In this document: piece after piece, positions 9,399 to 18,315 of the stretch
Position numbering within the stretch: position 1 is the first letter of the stretch
Layout of the letters: every line of letters starts with the position of its first letter
Assembly (NCBI GenBank): GCA_044375675.1
Contig: JBILMD010000002.1
Coordinates: 41,104-105,103 of the forward strand
Direction of reading: 5' to 3'
Length of the DNA stretch: 64,000 nt
Origin: Alphaproteobacteria bacterium
GTDB lineage: Bacteria; Pseudomonadota; Alphaproteobacteria; JAJTHO01; CANGYM01
Translations under genes and position numbers: made by a program
Notes under the pieces: generated by a model
What the model saw: the letters and a program-made list of their open reading frames with translations, nothing else
Told to the model about the DNA's origin: nothing
Database searches by the model: none

Positions 9399-10277
9399 AT
9401 GGCCACCTTGCCCCGTCATGTTCATTTTGTGGGCTTTGGGTTGATTGGTTCGTCCTTGGCACGGGCCCTGAGGGTCCTGAATCCCACCATGCGCCTGACG
9501 GTTTATGATCATAGTCCTGCTGTGCGCCAGACTGTGCAGGATCTTGGCTTGGTTGATCAGGTTATGGGGTCTTTGAGCCCCGTTCCTGAGGGTGCGGATT
9601 TGGTGGTTCTGGCTGTGCCCATGCTGGCATTTTCTGATGTTTTAAGGGATCTTGAGGTCCCCCCCCATGCCATCCTCACCGATGTGGGGTCGGTTAAGGG
9701 CATCGTTGAAGAGGCGCTGCGCCTTTACGCCCCATCGTTGTTGCCCCGTTTTGTTCTGGGCCATCCGTTGGCAGGCACAGAACACAGTGGGCCAGAGCAT
9801 GGGTTTGCAGAACTTTTTCAGAATCGCTGGTGCTTGCTCACCCCCCTTTCTGAGACAGATCCCAGCGCTTTGGCCATGGTGAGAAACGTCTGGGAAGGGG
9901 TGGGGGCCCGCGTTGATACCATGAGTGTGGACCATCACGATCAGATTTTGGCCATAACATCCCATATCCCCCATTTGATTGCCTTTACCATTGTGGATAC
10001 AGCGGTGACGTTGGGGGAAGATCTTTGTCAAGAAGTGGTGCAGTATGCGGCCAGTGGTTTTCGGGATTTTACACGCATCGCGGCGTCGGATCCGACCATG
10101 TGGCGGGATATTTTTTTAACCAACAAAGAGGCTGTTTTGTCCATGCTCGATCGCTTTACGGAGGATCTGGAGGCCCTGAAAACAGCCATATCCAATGGTC
10201 AAGGGGAGGTCCTGTTTAAAACCTTTGCCAACGCTCGCCGGATTCGTCGGGATATTATCGCCGCCGGACAGGCCTGA
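9399..10277 (+). CDS. tyrC: prephenate/arogenate (cyclohexadienyl) dehydrogenase
   Basis: ATG at 9399 within ORF 9360..10277. Rossmann motif VHFVGFGLIGSSLARAL. TyrA-family core LGHPLAGTEHSGPE. Confidence 0.85.
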   Translation: MATLPRHVHFVGFGLIGSSLARALRVLNPTMRLTVYDHSPAVRQTVQDLGLVDQVMGSLSPVPEGADLVVLAVPMLAFSDVLRDLEVPPHAILTDVGSVKGIVEEALRLYAPSLLPRFVLGHPLAGTEHSGPEHGFAELFQNRWCLLTPLSETDPSALAMVRNVWEGVGARVDTMSVDHHDQILAITSHIPHLIAFTIVDTAVTLGEDLCQEVVQYAASGFRDFTRIAASDPTMWRDIFLTNKEAVLSMLDRFTEDLEALKTAISNGQGEVLFKTFANARRIRRDIIAAGQA

Positions 10278-10291
10278 GAAACGCATCATCA

Positions 10292-11224
10292 ATGCACATC
10301 ACACCCTGCACTTTGCAAAAAGATTGGCGGGCTTTGCTCGGCAGGGGGGATAAGGTCCCTTTGGAACAAAGTTGGGGTTACGGCGAAGCCGTCGCCCGAC
10401 GCTATGGTGTCAAAAGAACCCGCCTGATGGTGCATCCTGCTGAGGGGGATGCCCCTGTGGCTTGCCTTCAGGTGTTACAAAAAACGTTGGTGGGGCAGGC
10501 TTTACGGGGACCTGTCGTTGTATCCCCTATGTCATGGGATCAGAGGCGGGCCATGATGAAAGCCTTGGGGTCAAGATATCGTTGGTATCGGGACGGGATT
10601 CTGTTTTGGCTTCCCGATTTACCGGATACCCCGCCGCATCGTTCGTTGCTGTGGCGTTCCGGTTTTTTGCGGGTGCAGGGGGGCTATCAAACCGCCTATA
10701 TCGACTTGGGCAACGAGCCGGAGGCTTTGCTGCGGGGTTTCCGCGCCTCATGGCGACAGGATTTACAAAAAGCTCTGGTGAGGGAGGATGTGGAGCGCGT
10801 ACCTGTGTCCACACCTCAGGATCTAGAATGGTTTTTAAATGCGCATGAGGGTTTTCGTCAATCCACCAAAATCAAGGCCCCATCCCGCGGATTTTTATCG
10901 GATTTGTACCAATGTTTTCTGCCCTATCAAGAAAGCATGATTCTTTTGTCCCGCCACCAAGGGACATATCATGCGGGGATTATGATTCTGAGTCACGGGA
11001 ACACGGCCACGTATTTTGCGGGTGTCACAACGTCGCAGGGGCGGAACCTCAGGGCCCATCACGGTCTTTTATGGTATGCCATGGACTTGTTAAGGCAAAA
11101 GGGCATCCGGTGGTTGGATCTGTGTAGCCTGAACCCCAAAACCATGCCTGGGGTCACGGCCTTTAAAAGGGGCTTAGGGGGAGAAGAGATGCGTTTGTGC
11201 GGAACCTACATGCGCGTGGGTTGA
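10292..11224 (+). CDS. FemAB-like / GNAT (Acetyltransf_6-type) family protein
   Basis: 310 aa with ATG start. The C-terminal half resembles FemAB/BioF2-like GNAT proteins by recall; weak call. Confidence 0.5.
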   Translation: MHITPCTLQKDWRALLGRGDKVPLEQSWGYGEAVARRYGVKRTRLMVHPAEGDAPVACLQVLQKTLVGQALRGPVVVSPMSWDQRRAMMKALGSRYRWYRDGILFWLPDLPDTPPHRSLLWRSGFLRVQGGYQTAYIDLGNEPEALLRGFRASWRQDLQKALVREDVERVPVSTPQDLEWFLNAHEGFRQSTKIKAPSRGFLSDLYQCFLPYQESMILLSRHQGTYHAGIMILSHGNTATYFAGVTTSQGRNLRAHHGLLWYAMDLLRQKGIRWLDLCSLNPKTMPGVTAFKRGLGGEEMRLCGTYMRVG

Positions 11225-11250
11225 TTGTTAATCACCATTCCTGTGGTATT

Positions 11251-11703
11251 ATGGGGGCTGTGAAAGGAGAGGCGTTTGTTGTGCGTTTATTGATTCTGTT
11301 TTTGCTTTGTCTTTTGTTTGCGGGTCCGCATATAGTTTCGGTTCCCTCGCCGCCTGTTGAGGCGACTGCGCCGCCGCCTGTTGTGGCACAAAGTCCCAAC
11401 TTTTGGGATCATTCCGAAACACGAATCAATCAATGGATGAAACGCAATCTGCCCGATTTTGTTTATGCTTGGGCCCCAAGGCTGTTGTCACCGACCTTTG
11501 AAACCTTGGCAAGCCTTTATCGTTGGGGCCGCATGGGTGCGCAGGATCCCGAGGTGGGATTTATCGAATATCACGCCGCCCGCGCCACCCTTTGGATTTT
11601 TTACCATCCATGGATCAGTGGGTTGGTGGGATTGGCTTTGATGCTTCGGGGACGACGGTGGATCCTTTGGCCTGTTCGGAAATGGATCTTTCGGCGGCGC
11701 TGA
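11251..11703 (+). CDS. hypothetical membrane protein
   Basis: ORF 11197..11703. The ATG at 11251 precedes a hydrophobic helix (FVVRLLILFLLCLLFAGPHIV). No recognisable family; it could be spurious. Confidence 0.35.
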   Translation: MGAVKGEAFVVRLLILFLLCLLFAGPHIVSVPSPPVEATAPPPVVAQSPNFWDHSETRINQWMKRNLPDFVYAWAPRLLSPTFETLASLYRWGRMGAQDPEVGFIEYHAARATLWIFYHPWISGLVGLALMLRGRRWILWPVRKWIFRRR

Positions 11704-11846
11704 TGGGGCTTTCGTTAACCTTTTGTTAACCAGAAGGTGATTGTTTAGAAAGGTTTGGCTGCTATAGTGTTTGGGAAGTATCGGTGTTTCTGCCGCCACG
11801 TACCGTTTTTGGCTGCCGCTCGATGTGTGCTTTTTTAAGGAACTCT

Positions 11847-12494
11847 ATGATTATTGACCCTCAAGATGCTTTTAGCCAAAGAATGGCAGAGCTGCTCATT
11901 TCCAAAATGACCCATGATCTTGCTGGACCGATTGGCGCCACAGAAAATGGGTTGGAGCTTTTGGAAGAAGATGGTTCTTTTGCATCCGAGGCCCTAGCCA
12001 TTGCCCGCCAAAGTGCCCGCAATGTGTCGTCCCGACTGCGGTATTATCGTTTGGCCTATGGCTCCAGTTCGGCGTGTCAGACGTTGGACCCCAACAGCAT
12101 TAAAAAAACCGTAGAGGCTTTTTTTGGATCAGACCGTAAAGTGGACATTACATTCAGCGAAATCAATGAAATTTTGCCCAAGGAATTGACCAAGTGTCTG
12201 CTGAACATGATTTTATGCGCCAAGGATGCCCTGATGTACGGGGGAAAAATGCACATTGATTGGACAACGCAGCATATTCGCATTGCCCTAACCAGTGTTG
12301 ATCCGGCAAAACCGTTAAAAACGGGCACATTGGCCCTGATTGACAAAACAACACGACTGCCAGAGGATTTAAGTGCCTATACCGTGCAAGCATGGTATAC
12401 AGGATACTATGCATTTTCCCAAGGCATGCAAATGCAGTGTGATGGAACCGCACCCGATCAGATGATCTTTGAGGTGCGGGCGCCTCAAGGATAG
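11847..12494 (+). CDS. ChpT-like histidine phosphotransferase (HPTransfase family)
   Basis: ATG at 11847 with an AAGGA SD 6 nt upstream. ELLISKMTHDLAGPIGATENGLELLEED matches the ChpT signature (…CHDFISP…GLDLLED…) including the phospho-His. It sits immediately upstream of the CheA-REC gene. Confidence 0.7.
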   Translation: MIIDPQDAFSQRMAELLISKMTHDLAGPIGATENGLELLEEDGSFASEALAIARQSARNVSSRLRYYRLAYGSSSACQTLDPNSIKKTVEAFFGSDRKVDITFSEINEILPKELTKCLLNMILCAKDALMYGGKMHIDWTTQHIRIALTSVDPAKPLKTGTLALIDKTTRLPEDLSAYTVQAWYTGYYAFSQGMQMQCDGTAPDQMIFEVRAPQG

Positions 12495-12505
12495 GAGCAG
12501 TCGCC

Positions 12506-15223
12506 ATGGATGATGGATTATTGCAGGATTTTTTGGTGGAAACCACCGAGAGCATCGAGAAAATCGACCAAGATCTCTTGTCTTTGGAAAAAGATCCCAA
12601 CAACCCCCCGCTGATTGACAGCATTTTCCGCCTGATGCACACCATTAAGGGAACATGCGGCTTTTTGGAATTAAAACGTCTCGCCAGTTTGGCGCACGCC
12701 GCTGAAACGCTGCTGGGGAAAATGCGCGATGGGGAAAAACCCATCACGCAAGAGCCCATCTCTCTGATCCTAGAGGCCATGGATCAAGTTAAGTTTATCA
12801 TTGCCGTTTTGGAAGAGGATAAAGTCGAGCCTGAGGGCGATGATAACCCCCTGATTGCCAGTCTGGATGCCATGAGTCGGGGAGAGATCGGTGGCCCAGA
12901 GTCCGAGGCCTCTTCTGTGGACGCCTCTTCTCAGCCCATCGAACTCTCGCTCTTAGAATCCCTTGAGGAATCCTCTAACTCAGAACCAGAGACTGTTGTT
13001 GTCTCAGAAGCCCCTGCTGCGCCGTCCTTAAAAACCGTTGCCAAGGCCCCAGCGCCCGAAAAACCAAAGCCAGAGGCTAAATCTGAACCAAAAAAACCCT
13101 CAGCCGAGGATTCTGCCGAAGAAAAAGGGGGCGCCGCTGTTGATCAAACCATTCGCATCCGTGTGGATCTGGTGGAATCGTTGATGAATCTGGTTGGGGA
13201 ATTGGTGTTAACGCGCAATCAGCTGTTGCAGCTGATGCGTCAGGAACAGGATAATCTGTCGGTTTTTGCCACCCCCTTGCAGCATCTTTCCCATGTGACG
13301 TCTGAATTGCAGGATGGCATTGTGCAGGCCCGCATGCAGCCCGTGGGCAATGCGTGGAAAAAATTACCCCGCATCATTCGGGATCTCAGCGTTGAGCTTG
13401 GCAAAAAAATGGATTTGATTCTGGTGGGGGAGGAAACCGAGCTGGATCGTCAAGTCATCGAAATGATTCGCGATCCCCTGATTCACATGGTCAGAAATGC
13501 TGCGGATCACGGCGTTGAAACGCCGGCGGAGCGTTTGGCCGCTGGAAAACCGGAAACGGGTCAAATTCATCTGCAGGCCCGTCATGAAGGGGGTTATATT
13601 GTCATGACCCTAAAAGATGATGGTCGCGGGTTAAATATCGACGCGATTAAGAAAAAAGTCCTAGAAAAAGGCCTGTGTTCCCCAGAAAAACTGGCGGATA
13701 TGGAGGATGAAAAAATCCAACAGTTTATTTTTGCCCCGGGCTTTTCCACAGCGGCCACATTAACCTCTGTTTCCGGCCGAGGGGTGGGTATGGATGTGGT
13801 TTGCACAAACATCGAACGCATCGGGGGCGTGATCCAAATGGCATCCCAGCAGGGCCAAGGATCAACGTTTACCATTAAAATCCCCCTGACTTTGGCGATT
13901 ATCTCTGCCATGATCGTGGGCATAGGCGGACAACGGATGGCTATCCCTCAGCTGGGTGTCAGTGAACTGGTGCGGATTACCCCGCAGTCCGACCATAAAA
14001 TTGAGTTTCTTAAAGGCGCCCCTGTCCTGCGTCTGCGCAACAAACTGTTGCCGCTTGTGGATTTGCGGTCTCTTTTGCATCTGGAATCGGATAAGCCTGA
14101 GGGGGGAAGCACAACGATTTTTATTGTCGTGGCGCGGGTTGGGGCCAGCCATTTTGGCATGATTGTGGATCGGGTTTTTGATACCGAAGACATTGTCGTA
14201 AAACCTCTGGCCCCCATTTTGCAAAATCTGGGCGTTTTTTCTGGCAACACCATTCTTGGGGATGGTCAGGTGATTATGATTTTGGATACCAATGGCGTGG
14301 CCCAGACCTTGGGGGACACCTTAACCGGTCAGGACAGTGGTCCCACAACGCCTGCGGTTAAAAAAACCATAGCGTCTAACCTAGAGGAACAGGTTTCTTT
14401 GCTGGTTTTCCGTGCGGGGACAAAAGCCATGAAGGCCATACCGCTGGCTATGATCGCCCGTTTAGAGGAAATTGATTTAAAAACCCTAGAATACACCACC
14501 GACAAACCCGTGTTACAATATCGGGGCAGCCTGATTCCCATCGTGACCATTTCTGGTGATTATCATCTGGCGGAAGAGGGCATTGCCCCCATGCTGGTTT
14601 TTAATACAAAAAAACAAAGCGTGGGTATGATTGTTGATGAAATTATTGATATTGTTCAGGCACCGATGCATTTAACGTTGCCCAGCGAAGGCACAGGAAT
14701 TTTGGGGACGCTGATTATCAATAATCAAGCCACCGATATTGTGGATGCCTACCATCACATGCACAAAGTTGTGAACACGTGGCAGGATTCCATGCCCATG
14801 TCCACAAAGGGGGGATTTTCTTCAGCAGCCTCTAAGCGGAGTCAACGGATTTTGTTTGTGGATGACAGTGCGTTTTTTAGAAATTTGCTCACGCCCATGC
14901 TAGAGACAGCAGGCTACGCGGTTTTGGGATTTGAGGCCGCAGCGGATGCCCTTCGCGCCCTGAAATCAGATCCTGATACGGTGGATTTGATTCTCAGTGA
15001 CATTGAAATGCCGGAAATGAATGGTTTTGCCTTTGCCAAAGCGGTGACAGAGGATCCCACGCTGCAAAACATTCCTCTGATTGCCTTTACCGCCCATGTC
15101 AACAGCGATATGACCATAAAAGCCCGAAAATCCGGCTTTCGCGAGTGTGTTGCAAAATTTGATCGGGAAGGTCTTTTGTCCCATATCGCCCATTTTTTGG
15201 GCCATCATTCTGTGGCGGCGTAG
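12506..15223 (+). CDS. cheA: chemotaxis histidine kinase CheA, hybrid type (Hpt-P3-HATPase-CheW-CheW-REC)
   Basis: 905 aa. P1 Hpt with HTIKG, then an acidic Pro/Lys-rich linker, a dimerisation region, HATPase motifs (HMVRNAADHG…, GRGVGMDVV), two CheW-like domains, and a C-terminal receiver (ILFVDDSAFFRNLL…DLILSDIEMPEMNG…). Confidence 0.9.
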   Translation: MDDGLLQDFLVETTESIEKIDQDLLSLEKDPNNPPLIDSIFRLMHTIKGTCGFLELKRLASLAHAAETLLGKMRDGEKPITQEPISLILEAMDQVKFIIAVLEEDKVEPEGDDNPLIASLDAMSRGEIGGPESEASSVDASSQPIELSLLESLEESSNSEPETVVVSEAPAAPSLKTVAKAPAPEKPKPEAKSEPKKPSAEDSAEEKGGAAVDQTIRIRVDLVESLMNLVGELVLTRNQLLQLMRQEQDNLSVFATPLQHLSHVTSELQDGIVQARMQPVGNAWKKLPRIIRDLSVELGKKMDLILVGEETELDRQVIEMIRDPLIHMVRNAADHGVETPAERLAAGKPETGQIHLQARHEGGYIVMTLKDDGRGLNIDAIKKKVLEKGLCSPEKLADMEDEKIQQFIFAPGFSTAATLTSVSGRGVGMDVVCTNIERIGGVIQMASQQGQGSTFTIKIPLTLAIISAMIVGIGGQRMAIPQLGVSELVRITPQSDHKIEFLKGAPVLRLRNKLLPLVDLRSLLHLESDKPEGGSTTIFIVVARVGASHFGMIVDRVFDTEDIVVKPLAPILQNLGVFSGNTILGDGQVIMILDTNGVAQTLGDTLTGQDSGPTTPAVKKTIASNLEEQVSLLVFRAGTKAMKAIPLAMIARLEEIDLKTLEYTTDKPVLQYRGSLIPIVTISGDYHLAEEGIAPMLVFNTKKQSVGMIVDEIIDIVQAPMHLTLPSEGTGILGTLIINNQATDIVDAYHHMHKVVNTWQDSMPMSTKGGFSSAASKRSQRILFVDDSAFFRNLLTPMLETAGYAVLGFEAAADALRALKSDPDTVDLILSDIEMPEMNGFAFAKAVTEDPTLQNIPLIAFTAHVNSDMTIKARKSGFRECVAKFDREGLLSHIAHFLGHHSVAA

Positions 15224-15227
15224 TCGT

Positions 15228-15677
15228 ATGAAAACCGAAAAACACGTTCTTTTTTCCATTGGCAGCCAAATGTTTGCCATGTCTGTTTCCGATGTTACGG
15301 ATGTGCTTCATAACCCTGTATCCACACGCATCCCTTTGGCTGTGCCAGAGATCGTGGGGGTTTTGAATATGCGCGGCTATATTGTGACGGTTCTGGATAT
15401 GCGCGTGCGCCTGAATATCCAAGAGGATAAACCAAAACCGGATATCGACACCCCCATGTGCATTGTTGTGGTGTTTCGGGGCACGCGTTATGGATTAATG
15501 GTGGATTATGTTCATGATGTGGTGGATCTTTCTGCGTCCTTATCCGCCCCTGTGCCCCCGTCCTTGGATCCGTCTGTGCGTTCCATGGCCGTTGGCGTTT
15601 ATCAACATCAAAAACATCTGGTGTTGGCGCTGGATATCACTAAGATTGTGGGAATCTCTGAAACCTTGGCGGCCTGA
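15228..15677 (+). CDS. cheW: chemotaxis coupling protein CheW
   Basis: ATG at 15228 within ORF 15147..15677. The gene length (~450 nt) and the internal hydrophobic segment (GVLNMRGYIVTVLDMRVRL) fit CheW. Confidence 0.85.
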   Translation: MKTEKHVLFSIGSQMFAMSVSDVTDVLHNPVSTRIPLAVPEIVGVLNMRGYIVTVLDMRVRLNIQEDKPKPDIDTPMCIVVVFRGTRYGLMVDYVHDVVDLSASLSAPVPPSLDPSVRSMAVGVYQHQKHLVLALDITKIVGISETLAA

Positions 15678-16264
15678 TGCGGGTTATTTCCTCTCTTTGT
15701 ATTTATTGTGGGTCGTCAAAGCCCCAACCTCGTCACCAAGAACAGGCGGAAGCCCTGGCCGATATTCTGGTTAGCCAAGGCATCGATATGGTTTACGGCG
15801 GTGCCCGCGCCGGCCTGATGGGATTTACCGCCGATGCTGTGTTGTCCCGCGGCGGCCGCGTTATTGGGATCATTCCTGAGTATTTGGACAAATACGAAAT
15901 TGGCCATACAGGTGTGACAAAACTGCACATTGTGGCCAACATGCATGTGCGAAAAATGATGATGTTTGACTCTTCGGATGCATTTCTTGTGTTTCCCGGG
16001 GGATATGGCACCATGGATGAGATGTTTGAAATGCTCACTTGGCGACAGTTGGCCATGCATGACAAGCCCATTATTGTGGTGAACATCGATGGGTATTGGG
16101 ACCCTTTGGTGAAGCTCTTAGAGCATATCGTCCAGCAGGGCTATGCCAAGCCAGAAACCAAAAACCTTTTGCACATCATATCGGACGTTTCCGAAATGAT
16201 GGGTTTGTTTAAAGATATGTCGCCCCCAGATCCCACCCCGCCCAAGGTTTGGTTGCAGGCCTAA
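15677..16264 (+). CDS. LOG family protein (cytokinin riboside 5'-monophosphate phosphoribohydrolase-like, TIGR00730)
   Basis: 195 aa. PGGYGTMDEMFE and GGARAGLMG motifs. Confidence 0.85.
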   Translation: MRVISSLCIYCGSSKPQPRHQEQAEALADILVSQGIDMVYGGARAGLMGFTADAVLSRGGRVIGIIPEYLDKYEIGHTGVTKLHIVANMHVRKMMMFDSSDAFLVFPGGYGTMDEMFEMLTWRQLAMHDKPIIVVNIDGYWDPLVKLLEHIVQQGYAKPETKNLLHIISDVSEMMGLFKDMSPPDPTPPKVWLQA

Positions 16265-16287
16265 ACAGGGCGATTCAACACAGGTTT

Positions 16288-17283
16288 TTACGGTACGAGT
16301 TTTCCCCGCGCATAAAATCTGCGCATCATCTCTTCGGCCACCCCTTTGGCGGGGTTTTCAAGGGGGACGGTTTCCCACGAAAGGTCGGGTCGAAAGGGGG
16401 CAAGAGATCCTCTTGCGATCAAAGCGTCAAACAAAGCCGAAAAAGGAATATGATTTGATGGGTGAAACCGTTGCAGGGGAACGGGATAATAGGCAACGGG
16501 CCTGCCGCTGCCCAAGGCTTCGGTGAGCATACTGACAGAGTCTTGGGTAACAATTATGCGTTCGCAGCAGGCCAGGGCCCCCACAAAGGGATTGGCCTGT
16601 CCTTTTTGGCCCCAAATATAGAAACTGTGGGGTCTGCCTTTCAGGTCTTTTTGCCACAAACTTATCAGAGAGGCAGGGGTGCGGCGGCTGGTGAGGATGA
16701 TGAGAGAGCCCCCATCACGGTCTTGCATCGCACATAAATCACGGATCATTTGACGGATCATCCCATCGGTAAAGCTGTAATGGCGAGAGCTCCCCCCAAC
16801 AAAAACCGCCGTTTTGGGATAGGGCAAAAGGGCAAAATAGGGGGAAAATTCATCAAAGGCCGCAACCAGTTTCTGTCTGGTGATGCGATGGGGGGCGCCT
16901 ATTGTTCTAAAAATAGAGGGGTGCTCTGGGGCGCGATCATGGGTGGGTAAAACCACCATATCAAAATGGCTGTACCCCAGTTCAGGGCGCATGATTTGAC
17001 AAACAAAGGTCTTGCCGTCGGATTTGCGTTTTATGGCGGCGGCAATGCGTGCCTGACGGCGGCCCGCAGTAATCACAATATCTGGCCAAGGGGGGGACAA
17101 ATCGTGCTGATGGATGCCCAGAAAATTCAGGGGCAAAAATTCATTATAAAGTCTGGAAAAAAAAGTGTAACGCAGGGTTTTGATCATCACAGGGTGAATC
17201 AAATAGCTGGCCACACCGTCCACTTGGCTGTTATTGCCAGGGCGGTGATCATGAAGCCCCCAGATGATAGGTGGATTGCTCAT
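16288..17283 (-). CDS. ELM1/DUF1022 family protein (mitochondrial-fission ELM1-like)
   Basis: ORF 16288..17637, trimmed to the ATG at 17281-17283 (MSNPPIIWGLHDHRPGNNSQVDGVASYL…), which matches the ELM1 N-terminus. The longer version would overlap the divergent popZ-like gene. Confidence 0.7.
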   Translation of the reverse strand: MSNPPIIWGLHDHRPGNNSQVDGVASYLIHPVMIKTLRYTFFSRLYNEFLPLNFLGIHQHDLSPPWPDIVITAGRRQARIAAAIKRKSDGKTFVCQIMRPELGYSHFDMVVLPTHDRAPEHPSIFRTIGAPHRITRQKLVAAFDEFSPYFALLPYPKTAVFVGGSSRHYSFTDGMIRQMIRDLCAMQDRDGGSLIILTSRRTPASLISLWQKDLKGRPHSFYIWGQKGQANPFVGALACCERIIVTQDSVSMLTEALGSGRPVAYYPVPLQRFHPSNHIPFSALFDALIARGSLAPFRPDLSWETVPLENPAKGVAEEMMRRFYARGKLVP

Positions 17284-17385
17284 AGACGTGTTTTTCTTTT
17301 TGAGGATAGCCCTTGCTTTGTACGAAGAGTTGACGCATCCGTCCAGAGTGCGTATCGTAAAAAAAACACAAGGGGAAAAGCGCCT

Positions 17386-18315
17386 ATGAGTACCGCGCAA
17401 AAACAGGTTCAGGATGAAGAATCCATAGAAGGCATTTTGCTTTCCATACGGGAAATCATGATGAACGACGGAGCCGAGGAAGCGGGCGCCACCCGCACCA
17501 TGGATGATGCCCCTGTTTTGGATTTGACCCAACTGATTCGTGACAATGGTCAAATTCAGGAAATTCCCAAACCCAAAGCCCCTATCCCCGAAGATATCCT
17601 GAAAGAAATTGACAAAAATAATTTTAAAAACAAACAACTGGCCGAGTCAATCCTTCAGCAGCAAGCTGAGGCAAAAAACATGGTTTTTGAGGATCAGCAA
17701 CCCGATGCTGTCCATCAAGACTTTGTAAGTCAGGATGTTTTTGACGATCAAACTGCCCTGAATGAAATCGCGGATATGCTGGAAGAGGACTTGCCAGACG
17801 TGCAAAGCCTTTCCGAATCCCCCCAAAACGAAGAGTCTTTTTTGGAAGATGAGGACATTTTAGATATTGAAAGCAACGAAGCGCTTGAGCCCCTAAAAAC
17901 AGAAGATGATGGCGATCTTTTTTCGCTGGACATCTCAGAAGATGACGAAGCGTTAAGTTTGGATCATGAGGGTGAGGATGTGACGGAATCCCTGTTGTTA
18001 GAGTCGATGGATCAAGAGGATCTCCAGAGCGATGAAGAGGCTTTGCTGGGTCAGGATGCTTTGGCGTCATCCCTGCGGGCCTTGGATCGGTTGGATGTGG
18101 CTGTGGCCCAAACACGCTTGAAGCCCGATCCCTTGTTTGATCAGGACGATGCCATCGGGACCAGCATCCCCAGCAAATCCTTGGAAGATGTGATTGTCCA
18201 AGCCGTGCAGCCCTATCTCAAAGCTTGGTTAAACACGCATTTGCCCACCATTGTGGAACAAAAAGTTCAAGAAGAAATCCGTCGTTTGGTCAACAAAAAA
18301 TTGGGATCTTCGTGA
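17386..18315 (+). CDS. PopZ-like pole-organising protein (acidic, C-terminal DUF2497)
   Basis: ATG at 17386 within ORF 16966..18315. N-terminal SIEGILLSIREIMMND motif, long Asp/Glu/Gln-rich middle, and C-terminal LEDVIVQAVQPYLKAWLNTHLPTIVEQKVQEEIRRL DUF2497-like helix. Confidence 0.65.
   Translation: MSTAQKQVQDEESIEGILLSIREIMMNDGAEEAGATRTMDDAPVLDLTQLIRDNGQIQEIPKPKAPIPEDILKEIDKNNFKNKQLAESILQQQAEAKNMVFEDQQPDAVHQDFVSQDVFDDQTALNEIADMLEEDLPDVQSLSESPQNEESFLEDEDILDIESNEALEPLKTEDDGDLFSLDISEDDEALSLDHEGEDVTESLLLESMDQEDLQSDEEALLGQDALASSLRALDRLDVAVAQTRLKPDPLFDQDDAIGTSIPSKSLEDVIVQAVQPYLKAWLNTHLPTIVEQKVQEEIRRLVNKKLGSS

Noticed and set aside
16966-17385. N-terminal extensions of the ELM1-like (to 17637) and PopZ-like (from 16966) ORFs in the track
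   Set aside because: The two extensions overlap each other on opposite strands. Internal ATGs (17283 and 17386) coincide with the conserved N-termini of the respective families.
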